NCBI RefSeq assembly: GCF_002571385.2
Contig: NW_019217873.1
Location: 87,354 to 151,353 of the forward strand
Length of the DNA stretch: 64,000 nt
Direction: 5' to 3'
Origin: Stylophora pistillata
Taxonomy: Eukaryota
The notes under the pieces are model-generated. The model searched no databases and had not been told where the DNA came from. It saw nothing but the letters and a program-made list of their open reading frames with translations. Below are positions 61,746 through 64,000 of this stretch, in pieces. Made by a program: the position numbers and the translations under genes. Each line of letters opens with the position of its first letter. The stretch's first letter is position 1.

Positions 61746-64000
61746 TTTACTTTACTCGACATTTAGTCTATTCGACTGCATCCGATTGCGTCAGTCATCC
61801 CACGATTCAGGGCTCGGGCCCGGTCCAACTCAGTCCTCTCGACTTAGTCCTCCACATAACGCAGACTTTTTGGAAGCTTTCATGACACCGAAAATGAGAC
61901 CGAAAACACCTCGAAATTTACTTCAGTTCTTTCTCGCACCCCCTTGTCGTTACCCCCCTCCCCTCAAATCTGAAAGCAAGCATCCAATTCCGGGCATGAA
62001 CTTACCTCTTCTTATCTTGAATTTAATTTGATTTGGGAGATTGCAGTCTCGCTCTAGGTGAAAAAAAGAAGAGACCTTAGGTGTCGTCAAAAAACAAAAC
62101 AAAACAAAACAAAACAATACCAACAACGACACATCTAATGGTCAAAGGTTTAATTGGTCAAAAAAAGATATGGATCATTGGTGTTGAAACATATTCTGAA
62201 ATCGGTGGAATTAAATAAATGTACACTATGAGAGTAAAGAGTATTGGCTAACGATCCGTCCTGGCCTCAGGTAGGGAGGCATGTACCTCCGTGGTTAGGC
62301 ATGTCTGCTTGTCGCCGATTCAAGCACTCTAACCTGCCACCCACTGGATTTGTTCCCCCCTGCCTGGACTTTATGATCCAGTGTTTAGCGCCCTAACTAC
62401 TGATGGGAATGCAACTGCAACTTGACGACTACGTTAATGCAAAACTCAATTGAACATTTTAAAAACCTGAGCAGGAAAGAGAAGACGATTCTCCCTATAT
62501 TCCGATGTGGATTGGAGGACAAGTTTCAGAGGAATTGTAACCTGAAATTCGAGATAAATGCAAATAACTTTAAGTCCGTGCACTTTGATTAAAGATCACG
62601 AGGATGGAGGTATTGGTGGCGGTCCCCCAAAGCATTGGATTTAAAATATATAAGCCCCTGGTCAGAATAGTAAAAAACAAGGAATCAATCGCCGTGATTA
62701 AGCTTAAAGTAGATTTCTATGGTTTATTACAGAGTAACAAAAGAGGTTTTGTTTCAACAAAGTCAGTGGGACAGACATGTATCTAGCAAAGTAAGCTGTA
62801 CTCTTCGTAGAGTATATTTTATTATTACAAATGTAATAATTGGCTTCGCGAAGTTTCATTTTTATTATTGAAAGGGTGCCTAATTATTAGATTATCAATA
62901 TGATCTTAGTTAATAATTAATTGAATGATGACTGCATGTTCCTACCGGTGCAAAGGTTTGAAAACTGCAGTTGCATCTCTTGTCCTTCTCCTTTAAAAAG
63001 TGAAAAAAGGCTAAATGCAAAATAATTTCTAGATGACGTGTTTTGTGGCGAAAAGCATTTGAACTGAACGCCGTCAACATAAAAGTTGAGATTGTACTGA
63101 AGTTACCATGTTTGCTCATTATTGATCCAATATGATATTTCTTCGGAGATGGCGGCTCAGAATTGAGACAAAAAATATATATAGAAGCAGTTTTGCACTA
63201 CCTGACTCAGTAACTGGAAGCAAAGAGGTCTCTCGTGTTCCTAACGACTAATAAAAAGGTTTCCACTACAGAGAAATCGAGACGTGTTATCTCAACCACA
63301 TATTTATTCTTTCTCTGCGATATTATACAACACTTACACGGATAAAGAAATTACGTACATAATCACGTGGTCCTAACTAGATAACATCATGGTAAAATTA
63401 TAGTCGCTAGTGCGATAGGTCAAACACTACAAGGTCGCGTGATCTTCTCATCCGATAATATCTACAACTAAGACAAGGTGTTGCCAGGTTACTCAGTCCC
63501 CCCGCCTGTAAGTCAGTTACCTGTATTCTTGTTCTGTAGCTTCTTTTGTTGACTTTTTTTTCTTTGCTACAGTTGGCTTCTGTTCTTGTTTTTTTTCTTT
63601 TTTTTTTTTGTTTTTGTTTTTTTGGTTTAGCGATTCGCCTGATTATTTAAGCATTCGCCTGATTAATTATCTAAAGTAAGGCAAAGAGGTTACCTGCAGG
63701 TCCAACTTTAAGGGCGTGATTATCGGGTCCCGGAGTATCTGTTATCCTTGATGCATACACAACCACAGTGCCATATTGCGGTATAACCTGCAGCAAATAC
63801 CAAATTCTGCTAAACTTGTGATTTACTCTAGCAGCAAAAACTCGGGTTTTAAAGAAAATGAACGTTAGAAGTCAGCGACACATTACGGTTAGAATACATA
63901 AAAAGCCTGAAACATTCTTACGTCTATAATGATGTCCTCGACTCCAAAAAAATGCTCCGCTGGCAGAGTGAAGAACCGTGCCTTATTTGGAGAAACAAAC

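Overview
This is AT-rich eukaryotic genomic DNA with GT-AG introns and three assembly gaps (17308-18132, 27155-27871, 44803-44963). The neuropeptide, gene content and repeat families suggest an anthozoan cnidarian, probably a stony coral (inference). Eight genes were reconstructed by hand from splice sites and reading phase. (1) A 3'-incomplete BH3-containing Bcl-2-family gene (-), BID- or BAK-like, lies head-to-head with (2) a 3-exon BCL2L13/Bcl-rambo orthologue (+). (3) An intronless RING-coiled coil-NHL E3 ligase without a B-box. (4,5) Two intronless WH1/EVH1-domain paralogues, one with a basic+CRIB motif. (6) A 5-exon TIGAR. (7) TEAD/scalloped (-) with 13 coding exons per transcript. (8) A 28-repeat pQSITRFamide neuropeptide precursor (-). 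The best leads are: a tandem pair of 63-nt mutually exclusive exons encoding the TEAD DNA-recognition helix, only 40 nt apart; a BID-like caspase-site+BH3 protein next to BCL2L13, echoing the vertebrate BID-BCL2L13 linkage, with a TATA/ETS/STAT/kB-like promoter; a possible AUU start and a tandem TEAD site upstream of TEAD; inverted SINEs bracketing one TEAD exon; hammerhead-ribozyme-like cores in dispersed repeats; and conserved cationic Trp/Tyr spacer peptides in the neuropeptide precursor. Comparisons with vertebrate proteins are from recall of those families and were not searched.
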